This document shows, one piece after another, positions 27,301 to 41,130 of a DNA stretch of 64,000 bases. Position 1 is the first letter of the stretch. Each line of letters starts with the position of its first letter. The position numbers were made by a program, and so were the translations under genes. The stretch comes from Phoronis australis (Eukaryota > Animalia > Phoronida). Below the pieces are notes generated by a model that saw only the letters and a list, made by a program, of their open reading frames with translations, searched no databases and had not been told where the DNA came from. Location of the stretch: positions 186,001 through 250,000 of the forward strand of contig NMRA01000261.1 of the NCBI GenBank assembly GCA_002633005.1, written 5' to 3'.

Positions 27301-29739
27301 ATAAAATTGGCCTCAATATGTTTCTGGATTTGGAGAGAAGTGACAATTGACCATGAATCGAGATGATCCTCCGACATATAAATATTGTGAAATGATCTAA
27401 CTTGTTGAGAATGATCTCAAGTAATAACAAAGGGTCATTTCTTCCAGTGCCCACAAATCACCTATGATCTAAGGAACAAGTGGAGAGCTGCAAGTGGTCT
27501 CACTCAAAGGCTAAAGCTACATTCCCCCATTTAAGCAGGTTAGAAAACGAATGGGGCCTTTCAATATAATAAAATCGGTATCAATATTTTTCTTACTATG
27601 TCAAGACTAATATTTCTTGTTACTAAGAAGAACATACAACTCTGAAATTTGAAAACGGTGTGCAGGGAACTCCACAGGTCAATTTCACAAGAATGGCCAC
27701 TTCATATGAGTACATCCACACATCACCTGTTGGTTATGGCTTGTTGATTAGAACAACAAATATGTTATTAAGTTACAGCTAAAAAGGGAGAAATGCAATT
27801 ATTTGACAGAAGATCGGTTTACCACAAGAAATGGTAGTTTATTCCCATTATAATAAGAGGGGATTGATGACTGATCAATCCTTGAGAAAATACGTAGCAT
27901 TTATTTGCCATCTGCAATTGTTCCTTAGACAACGAACCCAAGGCCAAGAATCAAAAGTCAAAAAACTTAAAATATGTGATACTATCATGTCTATCCAGGG
28001 ATAGCATCTTGGAGTCCCCACATTGTTAGCATGGTCAAGCTTTGTCAAGCTTGATCCAATTTAGCAAACACCTTTTCCATGCCTCACTGGCTATTCCAAC
28101 GTCTAAGACGGTTATAGCGACTGTTACTCTTTCAAATCAGGTGTGAACACTCACCTGGACAGATGGAAAGGCTTGTTTTTTAAGAATCACTCTTTACACA
28201 CACAAAGTAAAAATCATTTATAAATGACCACAAAGACTACACTTATTCCAAAACAGAAAAGCAGAGAAAATTGATGACCAAGAGGACATGAAAATTCATC
28301 AGTTACTGTAAATAAGTTTGCACAGTGAATTATTATACTTGTTCAAGGTCACCGCAAAATATGCCCAAGACAAATATGTAACACCAAGTTAAGGCTTTAC
28401 CAATACAGTTGACATCAGATGCTATGATTTCAAAAAAATACAGGCATTCACAAAATGTCACAAACCCTTGGAAAATAACCACAATTTGTCTTGTTCACAG
28501 TTGGAGAGAGGTTGTACCATAGTTGCTGATGGACCAACATTTCTATCACTTTACCTAGTACAGCATCAATTAACCTGTTGCAAATCAAAACAAATCAATT
28601 TCTACAAAAAACAGGTAACAGTAACCATACACTTAGTACAAATAGTCTGTAAGCACATATGTTGGAGTAAGATTCAATAGTCACATGAAAAGTTTTCAAG
28701 CAGAATCACCAGCTATTATGCATTCATTGATTTATGCTAAATCAGAGCCTGTGTCAAACTAGAAACAAAAGGTTCCATTTTGAAATGGAATATATACGGG
28801 TTCACATCACTCAGAAGACGGTACATTACCACAGTTTTGGCGGCTGTTTGACAAATCAGTCTACCAAATTTGTCGTGTTCTAACTTCACTGTTGCTGAGA
28901 AACACACTTAAAATGAAAAAGAACCCTCTGCTTTATGCACAGGATCTTCACAAATATTTACAATCTCAAAGCAAATCAATCTAAAGTTCAATGATGCCAC
29001 TTAAAAGCTGGACAAAAGACAATTCTCACTAGTAATGTTAATGCTTGCCTCTTAATCCAGAGTCATATGCAAATTAGTTCCAGGCACTGGAGAGATTCTT
29101 GCAGGCAAATATTGTATTGGCATGATGTCATAACCTGAAGTGGGCTTATGGGCTACGCCTGATTGCCGAAAATATAGAATTGTCCATAAATATTGCAAAC
29201 CGTGTAAAGCATACATGCGTTATTGTTTAGTTCACCGACCAATGCAGCTACCACAGATAGAGGTGTTACTGAGACATTTAAGCCCATTCTATTCAACAAG
29301 GTTTTTGCCTGTAGCCCTGAGTATGAACTTATTTTGACAAGTTACATTTATCAAACTTTGTTGCCATGGAAATGACAACTGAAGGACAAATAGATTAGGC
29401 CCTCAAGAGCTATTTTTTACGGAGAACAACATTTTTTGCGTGACGTCAATCAATACAAGGTACCGCGTTACTACAACCTAGGGTCCAAAATAAAGCTGAC
29501 AATTTTCAGTCCTGAAGCAGCTACTGAGAGTAGTCAAGCATTGCATCCACGCGTAAAACTAAACAGTTCAAGTGTACAGCTGATTCCTTCAGTTTAATTG
29601 GCAATACTATGTCCACAAACTACAGCAACAGTCCCTCCCTGATGCACATGCCTAGAAACACAAAGTCAGCCTGAGCACACCAGACATGGGGTGAGCGCAA
29701 GTGCAGTTGAAAGGAGTATTGTTTGCTTTGGTTATGCCT

Positions 29740-30747
29740 CAATGGCGGATCTAGGATATCACAAGGGGGGGGCAACATTTTGTCTGTAAACATTTGTTCA
29801 AAGCACGATTGTAGGTGCGCATAGCACCGAATGGGGGGAGGTCAGGATTGAGGCAAACCCCCCTCCCGTCCAGGAAATTTTTCTGTTATTTCCTCTAAAA
29901 ATCAAGCATTTTCCTTGATTCCCGAAGTATTATCTAAAAAAACGGCAAAAAAACACAAAGAAAGTGTCAAACAGGAAAAACTGCTAGTACAACAGACTCG
30001 AACTCACAACCTGGCGGATAAAGCGTGCGTGCTTTACCACTGCACCACCACGACTTAATGCCTAACTTGATCTAAGAGACCTACTTGTTTATGGTCCACA
30101 GCATTTGTGCGCGAAACCTCCTTCTTTAGTAATGTTTATTACATGTTTTATATTTCGTGCAATCAGTTCGTAACAAATTTGTTGTATTTAAAATAGTCTT
30201 CAATTGCCCAAAAGATCAAATCTGTTTTTTGTGTGGACAATAATGACGCGATTGCTTTGGAAATCGTCTTAAGTAAAGGTTTGGCAAAGAGAGAATTATG
30301 TTTCTGAGTGATTCACTAAGGCTTCAATTACAATTGACATCTTACCAGCAGCTTCTGTTTTTTCATCATCACTCAGATTCAATTTTGTTTAAAAAATGAA
30401 GTGATTTTCTTCATTGCACAGTGGAGCAGACGACGGAAACGGAGTCGTTGAGTCCAGTGCCACTGCCGGGATCACCTGGGATATTGCAGGGGAGCGCCTA
30501 TACTTAGCCATAGTTACGATTGTGCCGTGTTCCGAATTTGAGTCTTGAAATTAGATCTGAGCCCCCCCCCCCAAACACTAAAACTGCACACATTTAAATC
30601 TTGTTTCAGCTGTATAATTCTAATTACCAGGGTTAATTAATAAACTGAACATTTCCCTATGCTTTTGCTGTTTTATGTTTTTGCGATAGCCAAGGGGGTT
30701 GGGAGGGGGCCCGGGCTCCCTGGCCCCCCCCCCTAAGTCTGCCTATG
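29740..30747 (-). mobile_element. Non-autonomous GC-tipped DNA transposon (hAT5-like), copy 1
   Basis: Termini CAATGGCGGAT / AGTCTGCCTATG with G/C-run subtermini. A 5-bp TSD TGCCT lies at 29735-29739 and 30748-30752. Homologous along its length to 42743-43742 in inverted orientation. Confidence 0.8.
29976..30055 (-). ncRNA. tRNA-like Pol III cassette inside the transposon (degenerate)
   Basis: A-box TGGTGCAGTGG, B-box GTTCGAGTC and a downstream T5 run. The stems do not form a clean cloverleaf. Confidence 0.55.
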
Positions 30748-33700
30748 TGCCTAGTGTCTGCTTGCATGGCGGAATGTTTGAAAATTCCACTGCCCACTGG
30801 TAAACTATGCATGAGTACACGCTTTTGTTGTGTGTTTGGATGCAGACCTCAACATGGAAATGTGATTTTTACACTTGCCAGATCATCAGCTACTAACAGT
30901 ATACAGAACAACAAGGCCGGGCCCGCCCTGGCTAGTCAATACGTCATCTGTGAATACTATAAGGAAGTTGATGAGGCTGAAATAAAAATGCTCAACTGAT
31001 TTACTTTTTAATTGATGAAATAAAGAATACCAAACACTACGGATGAAAACAGTTACACCGTTTACTACTGAATTATTTTGTGCCTGCATTAGACTCAATT
31101 GATGTAAATTTGAGTAGGCGAGCAGCTGTTTACGGTGACGCTTTTAAGACATTTTAAAGACATTTTTAACACGTTTCGTTGAATGCATCAAAAGAACAAT
31201 AACACTATCGCAAAGTTGAAATACATGTACTTACATAGATCTTGCATTTATCTAATCAACATCCTTTTTAGACAATTTCCAAGTGTTTACTGTTACATGA
31301 TGTTTGATGGTAAATAAAAATGACATGTTTTTCCTTCGGCCATAGATCACGAAAGTAAACGTGCAATGGTTTGCAAATGTTCTTAAGTGCTGGTGAAAAT
31401 TAGATTATTTAAACTGCCAAAAGCATCGCAAATCGAAAGGCTAGAAAATGACCAATGAAGATTTGCCACGTACTCTGTAGTTGATGTCGTCTCAAATAAT
31501 TCGTTCATTTGGCACAAAGACATGCCTTTGCAGAATTGACAAGGGCAGTAATTGCACAATTAAAAAAATTCAAGAAGGTTGGCATTCACCTAGGTTACAA
31601 ATAAGTTTTAATCTCACCCAAAATTTTAACGATTTTAAAACAATAAGCAACCAGAAACCAGTTTCACATTAACGCGTGCTTTTTTGTAAAAACATGCATT
31701 AGTATAACAAACTGGCGACAAGTCAGGTAATTTAGAAGTAATGCCAAGAGTTTCTCACCTGCTAACACCTTACACTGGATGGCTACTGATTAGTCAGTAA
31801 GCATCGACACAAACTTATGCAAAAAGTAGTAGAACAGAACCCAATTTTCAAGACCACAGGCCAAAATACCGTTTCTAACAAAAGAACAATAAGACATAGG
31901 CATGGTAACAAACATATCTTTAAACATTGACGAACTTCTGAAAATCTGATGGCTTGGAGTCCTAATTATTAACACGGCACAAATGTTGAGAGCAACAGTT
32001 ATCGAAACACACTCCTTGCGCAGTCGTCAATCCTTTGGTTTGCACCACTCACAGATTCACCTATTTACTGCATGATTTGGCCTCACATGCAAAACCCTGT
32101 GAAAGAACTGTTCCCTCCTTACTTTGATCTAAATAATAAATTCTTTTGCCGAGGAAGTCGCAGTGCGCAAAATAAACTGAACATCCATATTACAGCGGCA
32201 ACTGGTACTGAAGGAACATTAGCTAACCAGGTACAAGTTTGTGTATCTCTAAAAGGCAGGTCACAAATATCCATTTTCTGATTAGCAGCGATCCATTGAA
32301 GTATCTCTGTCATACCAGAACAACCCTGCAGCATCACATACAACTCCCACGTGAAGAGGGTGGAAATTGAAATGTGGGAGATGTTACTGTGATTTTTTCG
32401 CATCTTTATTGTCGAGCTGTCAAATTACAGTGGCTCCAGGTGAACCCATCCCATACACAGCCAAATAATTAGAAAGTGAAAGAAATCACATTTCCACACT
32501 CCACTCAACCAATTTCACATTTTTCAGATGGAAATGGGATCTCATATACAGCCCCACAATCAAGGGATTGAGTGCCCTAACATACGTAGTTTAAGATTTT
32601 CTTTCCATATACTTCAAAAAACAATTGTCCGTAGGCCGTTTGTTTCAAGAACCTTTCATGCCTACATCAACATGTCCATGTTTTGGAGAGTGTTAATTGT
32701 TATGAACCAGTAACTTCAATCTCAGGTTAAAAAAGCTAAGAATGCAAGTTATGGTTATCTCAAACCTGATTTAGTTACTACTATTGTAACTCATATATCA
32801 ATAAACAGGCTATGTTAACCAGTAAAATACATTTCTGAAAGAAAAAAGACCAGAGATTATAAAAACGTTTTATGATGTGCCATTGTTTTTAGTATATTGC
32901 CAACTTTTGAAAGACAAAATTTAATTTTTTAAGAAAGGTACATGCATGGCAAAATACCCCTTTAGTCAATCTTAATGAAACCCTTTTGAAATAAAAATTT
33001 CACAATAAATATCTAAAACGCTGTGAGGAATTTTCGATTATTTATTTTGTTTTGTTTCTAAGATAAATTAACTCAAAAAACGTAAGGTATTTTTGAAATA
33101 AATAGCAGTCGTATTCGTCTACCTTACGGAAGACAACTATTAAGCTATTAAAAGAAAAATCCTGCATTCTGGTGAATAAATATTAAAATTGGAAAGTGTG
33201 AGTGAAATTCACTGAGCCATTTTCGAGAACTCATGTTCCTAAGTTCACATTAAGTCACTTTTCCAAAGTCCAGAAAAAACCAAAAATGTTTAGAGTCGTG
33301 AAAATCTGAAGGTTGCCGATTAATTATTTGGTGAAAACTTGTTTTTTCTCAATATAACCTACATATGCTATTACCTTGTTAGCTATTTGAACATTCACTC
33401 GTAATGTTAATGGAAATGGCATTGCACAATCAACTTAAGAATCACTAATTTTGCGATGTCCATTGACAACGAATCAAGTGAAGCTGGTTTAGGGGAGGAG
33501 TTTACGTCAATAGTACAACAGTACTAGAACACAACGCATACGAAGTACACGCCGGGGAGACTGAAAGAAACCAAGTACAAAATGTAGGCTAAAAATCGGG
33601 TATCTGTAGTTAAAGTGCACCCTGAGCACAAGATCGAAAAAGCAAAACGTCAGATTACAGGTGAAATGAATGGATTTGGGTGAGATTTCATCTTTTTTCA

Positions 33701-36700
33701 TGACTTGCTGTGTTTGGGATATACTAGACACCATGCAGTGGTTTGATGCATTCATCGTAGCATTTGCAACGGTTTTACGTACACAGACGTGCAGCTCAGT
33801 CAGAAACAACAAAACGTTATGTCTTTGTTTTCCGTGTCATCTTTCCATGCTGTGTTAACGTCGTTAACTCAATCATACGGCAAATCAATGGATGGAAGGA
33901 CAGCGAATTGTGGGAAGTGTTTAAGCCAAACGGGAGGTTCAATTAGAGTGACAGCTCAGTGACCTTTGAACTTAGATATGAAGTCAACAAATTTCCATGC
34001 GGTTAAAGGCCAGAGAGGTGGTTCTCTTTTACCTTTTTTCTCACTAAATGGTATATATTTCGTATTTGAAGTTCCCCGAGAATGAAGATAGGGTATTTTT
34101 GCTACACCTGAAATATTACAAAGATGTCCACTTTTTGTGAATAAGGTTCTGAGATGTGTTCAAAGTGCCAACAAACCGGCAATCCATCGAAAGAACTAAG
34201 TTTAGACAACTTGCCGCTATAAATTTGGCCACAATCTGTTCCTTACTCATATGACAAGTGATTTCTTGTCCTGCAGTTACACCATGCACAGCAAATTAAT
34301 GGACACCCAATGACAAATTGTAGAGCCTAGTCTCAAGCAATAACGGAGTGCCAGGTATTTCCAAGCCAATTTCAAAATGGTACATCAGGTCTAAATAAAA
34401 TATTGGCTTTCGTGATGGAAGGCAGTTTTATAGTCAGTCACTTAACTTCACAGTAAATAGGTGAATGTAAATGAAGAGCATAGCTGGGGTATGAACAGTT
34501 AATTTCAGTATCATCAGAGTTATCCATAAGTGTTGATGTCAGTAACGACACGTACTGTAGTGTTATTTGATATTTATTTCAAATATTCACCAATCTCCCT
34601 CGACTACAAGCATTTAATTTCATTCTTATGAATGATACTTCCAATTTGAAAAATACATCTGCAAAACGTTTTCGGAGTCATCATGAGACAACTTCAATGA
34701 CCCACACATCAAGGCATGATCAGCTCAATACCTGCTATTTGAGCTGCTTTGAAAAGTTCCCATAACTTGGCAGTTTAAGTTGACACCCTTCCTAATGGGG
34801 TTAATTTGGTATGAAAAGGCCTTTAATGGTGAATTGTGAAACCACTGGATGGGAAACCGAAACTCTCATTTTTACACAGTACGATTGTGTTAATATGAAT
34901 ATTCCCAGAAATCTGTAATATGTTAGCAATCCAAATATCAAAAAAGAATAAAACATACAGAGATCAAAAAATTCCTTAAAAACATCATCAGTCAAAAGAT
35001 GTGAAATGAAAAGCTACATGACATAAATCCTTACCTAAATGGTCTGATCCGTTAAAGTACTACTCCTAGAGGCAACAGTATGCCAACATATATCTGTGAT
35101 TGTTCTGATCAATACACGGCACAGTGTTGAATATAACGCATATATACAAATCACTAATTAGGAAGTGAAATATCACACAGTCATTTGAGACACACACACA
35201 CTCTCCATCTCTAATAGCAAATGTTTTATTGAACACTGCTTTCAAGATAAATACCAGCATTTCTGTATTATTAGGAGTTACTGGTATCGTTTTCCATTGA
35301 ACAAACAAACCTGAAGCTATGGTAGTTAATTCAGTTAAGTTTGCACTTAGAAGATCTCCAGACTTAATATAAAACAGCAATGTTTCTATCACTTTCCATT
35401 CAGGCACTAAATGCTACAATATTTCCAAAGGCATCAAGTATTTTCCTCGACCATTTCACAAATCAAAAAAGAATGTATTTTTAATTTGAATGAATATTTT
35501 CTAAACACCTGAAACTAACCAATAAATCTGAAATTAAATAACGTGATCCAAATCCTCTGAAGGATACTATTGTTGGACGAAACATAGAATATAATTATAT
35601 AAAAATAAAACAACAACAATAATGGATCAACCGAAATTTTCGGATATAATTGCATCCTTTCTCAAAAGAAACAGAAATAAACTAAAATTAAGCACATAAT
35701 GAAAATGTTAGATTGTTGTGGAAAATACCTATTAAACTGTAGATTGACAGGCAATCATTTTTTAAGACCACACACACTATAAAACTACTTTTCACATTTG
35801 AATTTTCTGTAGTACTGCAGAATGCATGCAGTGTCGACATGAGATGACAAGTTTCTGTCTCGATCACAACAGTAAAACTTATTACCATGTAGGCAGAAAC
35901 CACAGTAATTGCATATTGTTATACACCCAATTGAGCCACATATGCCAATGACCAATATACCGTACTGATGTCATCAATTTAAGAAATGCTTAACTTCCCA
36001 TTTTAGTGATTTTGTATCGAGGAAACCTCGACAAGGGCAGAAGAATGTGAGATTTCCCTTATGGTGCAAACCCTGAAACACTTTACGTGACATAAATGCC
36101 AACCAGTCAAGCCAATCTACAATAAGGGACATCTATTGATTTTGCAAAGTATTTCAGCACCAATACGAAAAGTTCTATTACTTCCAAGTCTTAAAATAAC
36201 TTAAAGTAATTTGCTGAGCAGCTGACTCACATTGAAGACCTAAAAGAATACACTATTACACAAAAAATAGAAAATATTTTCACTAAAAATGTCACAAATG
36301 GGCAATAATTTAGCAGTCTCTGACTTTAACTTTATCTAGGTAAGGTCACGTTAAAGACACCATAAAATGAGCCAACTGTCTCTTAGATGTGTTAAATACA
36401 TGTGCTTTTGTGCAACATATCTCTGCTTCATTTTATTCCACATAGCCACTAATTTGTTACTACACATTTTATGCACCCCATATTATGTGCCCCCATTGGA
36501 TACCCCTCTCATTTGCTTGACCTATTACAGTCGACTGGTGTATTGACATCATCTTTGTGACCAGCACATTACCCACTAACCACAGCCTGAACAGCTGATC
36601 GCCTGCAAGGCCAGTAAAAAATTAAGGTAGTTTGCTCAAGGAACGTCACCAATTAGAAACATCGCCGACATTAGGCATCAATGTCGATTGATAACGCCAT

Positions 36701-36989
36701 TATTAACCAAAATAATTGTGTCAGGTAAAGCACCCTTCGAACCCAACACACTTAACAGCGGCATAGATCTCGGATAGGGCGCTATGGATTCACTCATTGT
36801 GAACCAAGTTTCGAAGTAATTGCACCCATGTAAAACGCCATACAACAGCTACGTTTCGTACTAAATCTGACAACGACAAACTTACCGAACTCTGTGGTGT
36901 AAAAACTTATTTAGTTTTCACATAACATGTCCTGATTATACACTAACAATATCCCTGACAATAAATCACTGCGGCACTGGTCGGTACCA

Positions 36990-39200
36990 TTGTTTGTGCA
37001 CAAGGTATACAATCGTGACTCAGAAATGTCATTAACGATATATGTAAATGTATGACTCATTTTATCTCAAAAAAAAAACAAACGTGAAGATGACAACCCT
37101 TGGCTGTTACTTGTCAAATGACGGTCATAACTTGTCTTGCAGCAGCAGAGTAATCATAAGTTGGCAAGAAATTCTCAAGCCCTCGTTTCTGGGACAGCGC
37201 GCGCGACATATGTATGAGTCATCTATCACTCACATGTTGCTGCCAATGTATCGAGTACTCCAGCGGTGGGTACTTAGACGTGCACAACTCCCAAGTCGCA
37301 CATCAAAAGAGAACGGCGGCAGTTCTAAATAAAATAGTGTACCCGCTTGACTCGATCAAGCGCTTAGGTGTTGCATACCTAGCTACTCGAATGCATGTGA
37401 CGATAAGATAGTGCTGATTCAACTTTAGCCTTGTGACACATTCTTTGAGCTCGTATCGCGAAAGGGTGTACTTACAAACCCCGCATGTACGGGCAGTACC
37501 GCTTTGTGTACAGTTTGGAGGCACGCACTGGAAAAAGTGTGCAGTCATCATGTCGATGGGTTGTGCTATGACGGGAATGCCTTTATTTCAATGACTTCAA
37601 GCCATAAAATGCCTTGTGCAATTGGTCTTTCACATCGAAAGGTATTTTAAATATGGCAACCTATTCATTGCGCTAACTTTGTCTGTCCTTTTTATTCAGA
37701 TATTTTGTCCCCACCTCAATTGGTTAGACATTCCTGCGGGTCTCAGTGATTGGCATGCAGGTAGTTGCGTCGGCCACGGGCTAAGTTTCGTACGCCTTGT
37801 GTAAATTGCCTTTCTCTTCAAATGAAGAACAATAGAAATAAAAAAGATGAATTCTGTCGTGTCAAGGTGGCGACATAATCGTTGTGTTAGTTTTGTGTCA
37901 TTTTTTGTTTGATATTTTGCCCGTACCTCAATAGCTTAGACCTTCCCGACAGTCTGGTATGCTTTTTTGTGTCAATCACGGACATTTAAAATGAATTGAC
38001 CAGTTGACCTATACTGTTGTGCTAGAATCTAAATCCAATGCATACTATTCCCCTGGCAAGTTAAGGACGGGTGACTTCCGACACAATTTCAACTTAAAAT
38101 TTGAATGTGCCGATGTCGCAGCGTGTGCTCATCAAGTTATATTTTTCGTCGTAGAAATCACAGTGAAACCAAGAAAAAACCTGGTGGAAATAAATAAATG
38201 TATTTGAATTTCACGGGAAAATTTCGCTACATAATTTCCCCAATTTTTTACTGCAAGAAATAATGCAAGATTAATTTGAATTCTACCGTATTAGCAATTT
38301 CGTTGAATGATTATACATTTTACTCACTAACAACAAACATTGCCTTCGAGACGGTGCGTAGCGTTTTCTGTGACAATTGGCCGATTTTCCCCTTCAGTTT
38401 CATTTTAATCGGGTTCCTCTCGTTTGAACACATACGGCGCTAATTAATCCAAACGTTGTTTCTACATTTCCTTAATGTTCTATTTATCCGAACATTTCAT
38501 TGAACTCTTCTGCTGTAACGTCCGACCATCGCAAGGTATAATGCTTTTCTGGCCCAAGTGCAAAAAGTCTCGGGCCATTCGTTTGTATCATGTTGCGTGG
38601 CAACCTTTCACGTCGTAAGATGTGTAACGCTGCTTTACGCCCCAACATAATCCCGCAATTATCACGGAGCGACTATAAACAGATTAGTTTTCAGGTATAA
38701 GCATTCCGCCAGGATGTCGTCGTGGGTTCAACGAGTCTCCATTCATAGCCAACCTGTCCCACACTGCACATAGGGACCCTGTACTTTAACTGGTTCGTTA
38801 GACCCCGATGTCTTTGTGAATAAACATTTGATGCTAGACTGAGTAAGTGGTCCCTGCCGAGACCGCACTACTGACTTCGGCGACGCTAGGCTATCGTGGC
38901 ACAGCAACTTGTAGGATATTACATGCAGGTGGAAGTGTTGAGATATGTGTCATAGTATTTTAACTTTGTCTCTAATAGATGTAATTTTGAAATTCTGTGA
39001 TTTGAAATATGCACCCATCACCATAAGGTAAATTCCCTGTGGCAACGGACAGTAAGTCTCCGATCACAACAATGTCATTTGTGTCGATTAATATGGGCGC
39101 CACTTAAAGTTTTTTTCGGTGCTAAATGGGGTTCCTGATGGGGTACTACGACAGTACGTGGCGTAATTACTTTATGTCAAGAGTAAACGAAGAGATGATG
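36990..39200. promoter_or_regulatory. CpG-enriched putative promoter region
   Basis: CpG density is visibly higher (e.g. GCGCGCGCG at 37197). It lies directly upstream of the first minus-strand donor, and a + strand donor-like GA|GTAAGT occurs near 38842. Confidence 0.35.
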
Positions 39201-40480
39201 TGTTTGTGTTGATCAATGATACATATATTCAACATGTTTAAAAGTCATTTGGCCATTATAGGGTGTCTTTAAAGGAGTTGAGAAACACTTTGGAGTATTT
39301 TTCTGAAATATCATAAAAATACACACTTACTGTTAAAACCACAAAGTGTTGATTAAAGGAATATTTCTCTTTGTCCATGAATTTCTTCTCAAATCATGCT
39401 TACTCTTTTCTTCTCCTCGCCATCTATGTCATTGCGTTGTTGGCTGTGCCATTGTACAGTAGGTGTCAGTGTCTTCAGTTAATATGGTCTTTAAGGTTGT
39501 CCTTCGCATCACTATAGGGCATTGTCGGCACCTAAAACAACCACACATTAACTGGTGCTTAATATAACAGTAGTCTTAAAACTAGTATAAGAATTAATTG
39601 CCCTTCTAGGTATGTGACACCTCACAAAATTTAGATGTTGTGTGATCACCATTTAAAATGAACAATAGTCACCAGAATTACCTGACGACTGATTTGAGAG
39701 CTGATTCATATGTCTGATCAGTATTATCAAATGTCCTTGGAAACTATGTAAGACGTTGCATGCAGGAGTTATCAGTGTGGTGAGAAATGATAGCCAAATT
39801 TTCAAACACAAGCTTGTCAGGTAGTCTGAAGTTACAAAATGAAAGAAGTAACAATCAGTACATTTGACCAAGAAGTGAGACAGTGACAAAGGCAATGGAA
39901 TCGGAGATAACAGTGCCCATGACCCCAATGATGATACCAAGGATGATTACAAAGACACTGGCACTGAATATGTCGCCATCAACAATTAAAAGCAATGTTG
40001 ACAAGCCCGCCAAATTTCTGAGTCCAAGGCAGTGACTTCATTAACTGAACAGGACAAAATATGATGTCAATTTTGGGTTGAAATCGCCAACCAAAGTGAT
40101 TGCGGAGCACAGTTACATTATAGTTTGTTGTTCACTAGAAGGTTTAGCAGGGAAAACAATGAAATCACCTAGACATCATCCGAGAGCAGGCAGAGTGGCC
40201 TAAAGGGATAAGTGTTTGATTCCTTTACAGAAGGTTGGGGGTTTGAAAGGTGCTTTTGTCTTCACAATAGAAATTTGTTTGCTAAATTTCATGAAAAATC
40301 AAGGAACTCTGAAGTTACAGAGGCACGTAAAAAATAAAATTGCCACTAGGGAACACAGGTGTGGCTAGATTGGTCTGAAACGCCAAGTCATCTGTTGCCA
40401 TGTCCATAGGAACACATTTCTTGTATTTCACAAAGATCTTGCAAAGGGTAAAGAAGATACAGCCGTGGACGCACATAAAT

Positions 40481-40934
40481 ACAAGAGCAACATGGAGCGT
40501 TGAAATGCGCCCAAGAATGCACCGCAAACGGTGTGCTTCTAGGGGTGTTTATTTGTATCATAAAAAGGGCCACTAGATGGCACAAAATACATTGAATCCA
40601 TCTGAAAACTGGTAAATGTCATCAAAGCTATTTTCAAAATTCATATAAGTCTGTCAAGGAATTTATGAGAAACCGAGGAAATCGGAAAAAATGAAATTGC
40701 CAATAGGAGACTATGGGCGCAAAAACATAACTGCAAAAGTTGTTGCAGTCATCGGAAAATCATCGTCAACCTTCCTCAATAAGAACATAAATGCCAATTA
40801 TCACAATCATCCTTAGAGTGGAAGTGGTTTGGCTGGTAGAGGAGTGGATGCCAAAAACAGACTATACCGGACACCAGACGAATGGACAGGGATGACGGTA
40901 TATAATGCACCCACATATTTATATCTGGGTACAC
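40481..40934 (-). mobile_element. Short HINE/pearl-like copy (same family as 18028-19808), with a further fragment at ~40280-40475
   Basis: Starts ACAAGAGCA...TTGAAATGCGCCCA.GAATGCA, contains GGCCACTAGATGGCAC, and ends GGACAGGGATGACGG...ATGCACCCACATATTTATATCTGGGT. Confidence 0.8.
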
Positions 40935-41040
40935 GCTGAACCAGACATGTGCCGCTAAATGTAAGCCCATTGCACATATCACCTGGAACCATTTGTATGC
41001 ATTATTACTATATAGTTAAAACCGAGCTGAGGAGCTAGAG

Positions 41041-41130
41041 ACCTGACTCAACGATCTAGCACTGCGACCTGAACCCACAAACTTCAGTGAAGGAGGTGGA
41101 CACTTATATCCACTAAGGCACACTGCCTCC
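41041..41130 (-). mobile_element. tRNA-derived SINE head (degenerate)
   Basis: The minus strand reads GGAGGCAGTGTGCCTTAGTGG (A-box) ... GTGGGTTCAGGTC (B-box). A similar + strand head lies at ~40188-40250. Confidence 0.5.

Larger units (their letters stand above)
27297..36990 (-). other. Putative minus-strand spliced transcript (lncRNA or multi-exon 5' UTR)
   Basis: Consensus donors on the minus strand: TCG|GTAAGT (36885), TAG|GTAAGG (35034), TAG|GTGAAT (32060), CAG|GTGAGA (31758), CAG|GTGAGT (28154) and GAG|GTGAGT (27296). Good acceptors at 31875 and 27469. The minus strand looks T-rich and a CpG-richer region lies upstream at 37-39 kb. No long ORF. Inference only. Confidence 0.35.

Noticed and set aside
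38835-38900. Possible self-cleaving ribozyme-like GC-rich stem (GCCGA...TCGGC)
   Set aside because: I could not build an HDV or hammerhead core. An Infernal/Rfam search would be needed.
39650-39990. Coding-looking stretch DSDKGNGIGDNSAHDPNDD...
   Set aside because: Short, bounded by stops, with no recognisable family or exon structure.
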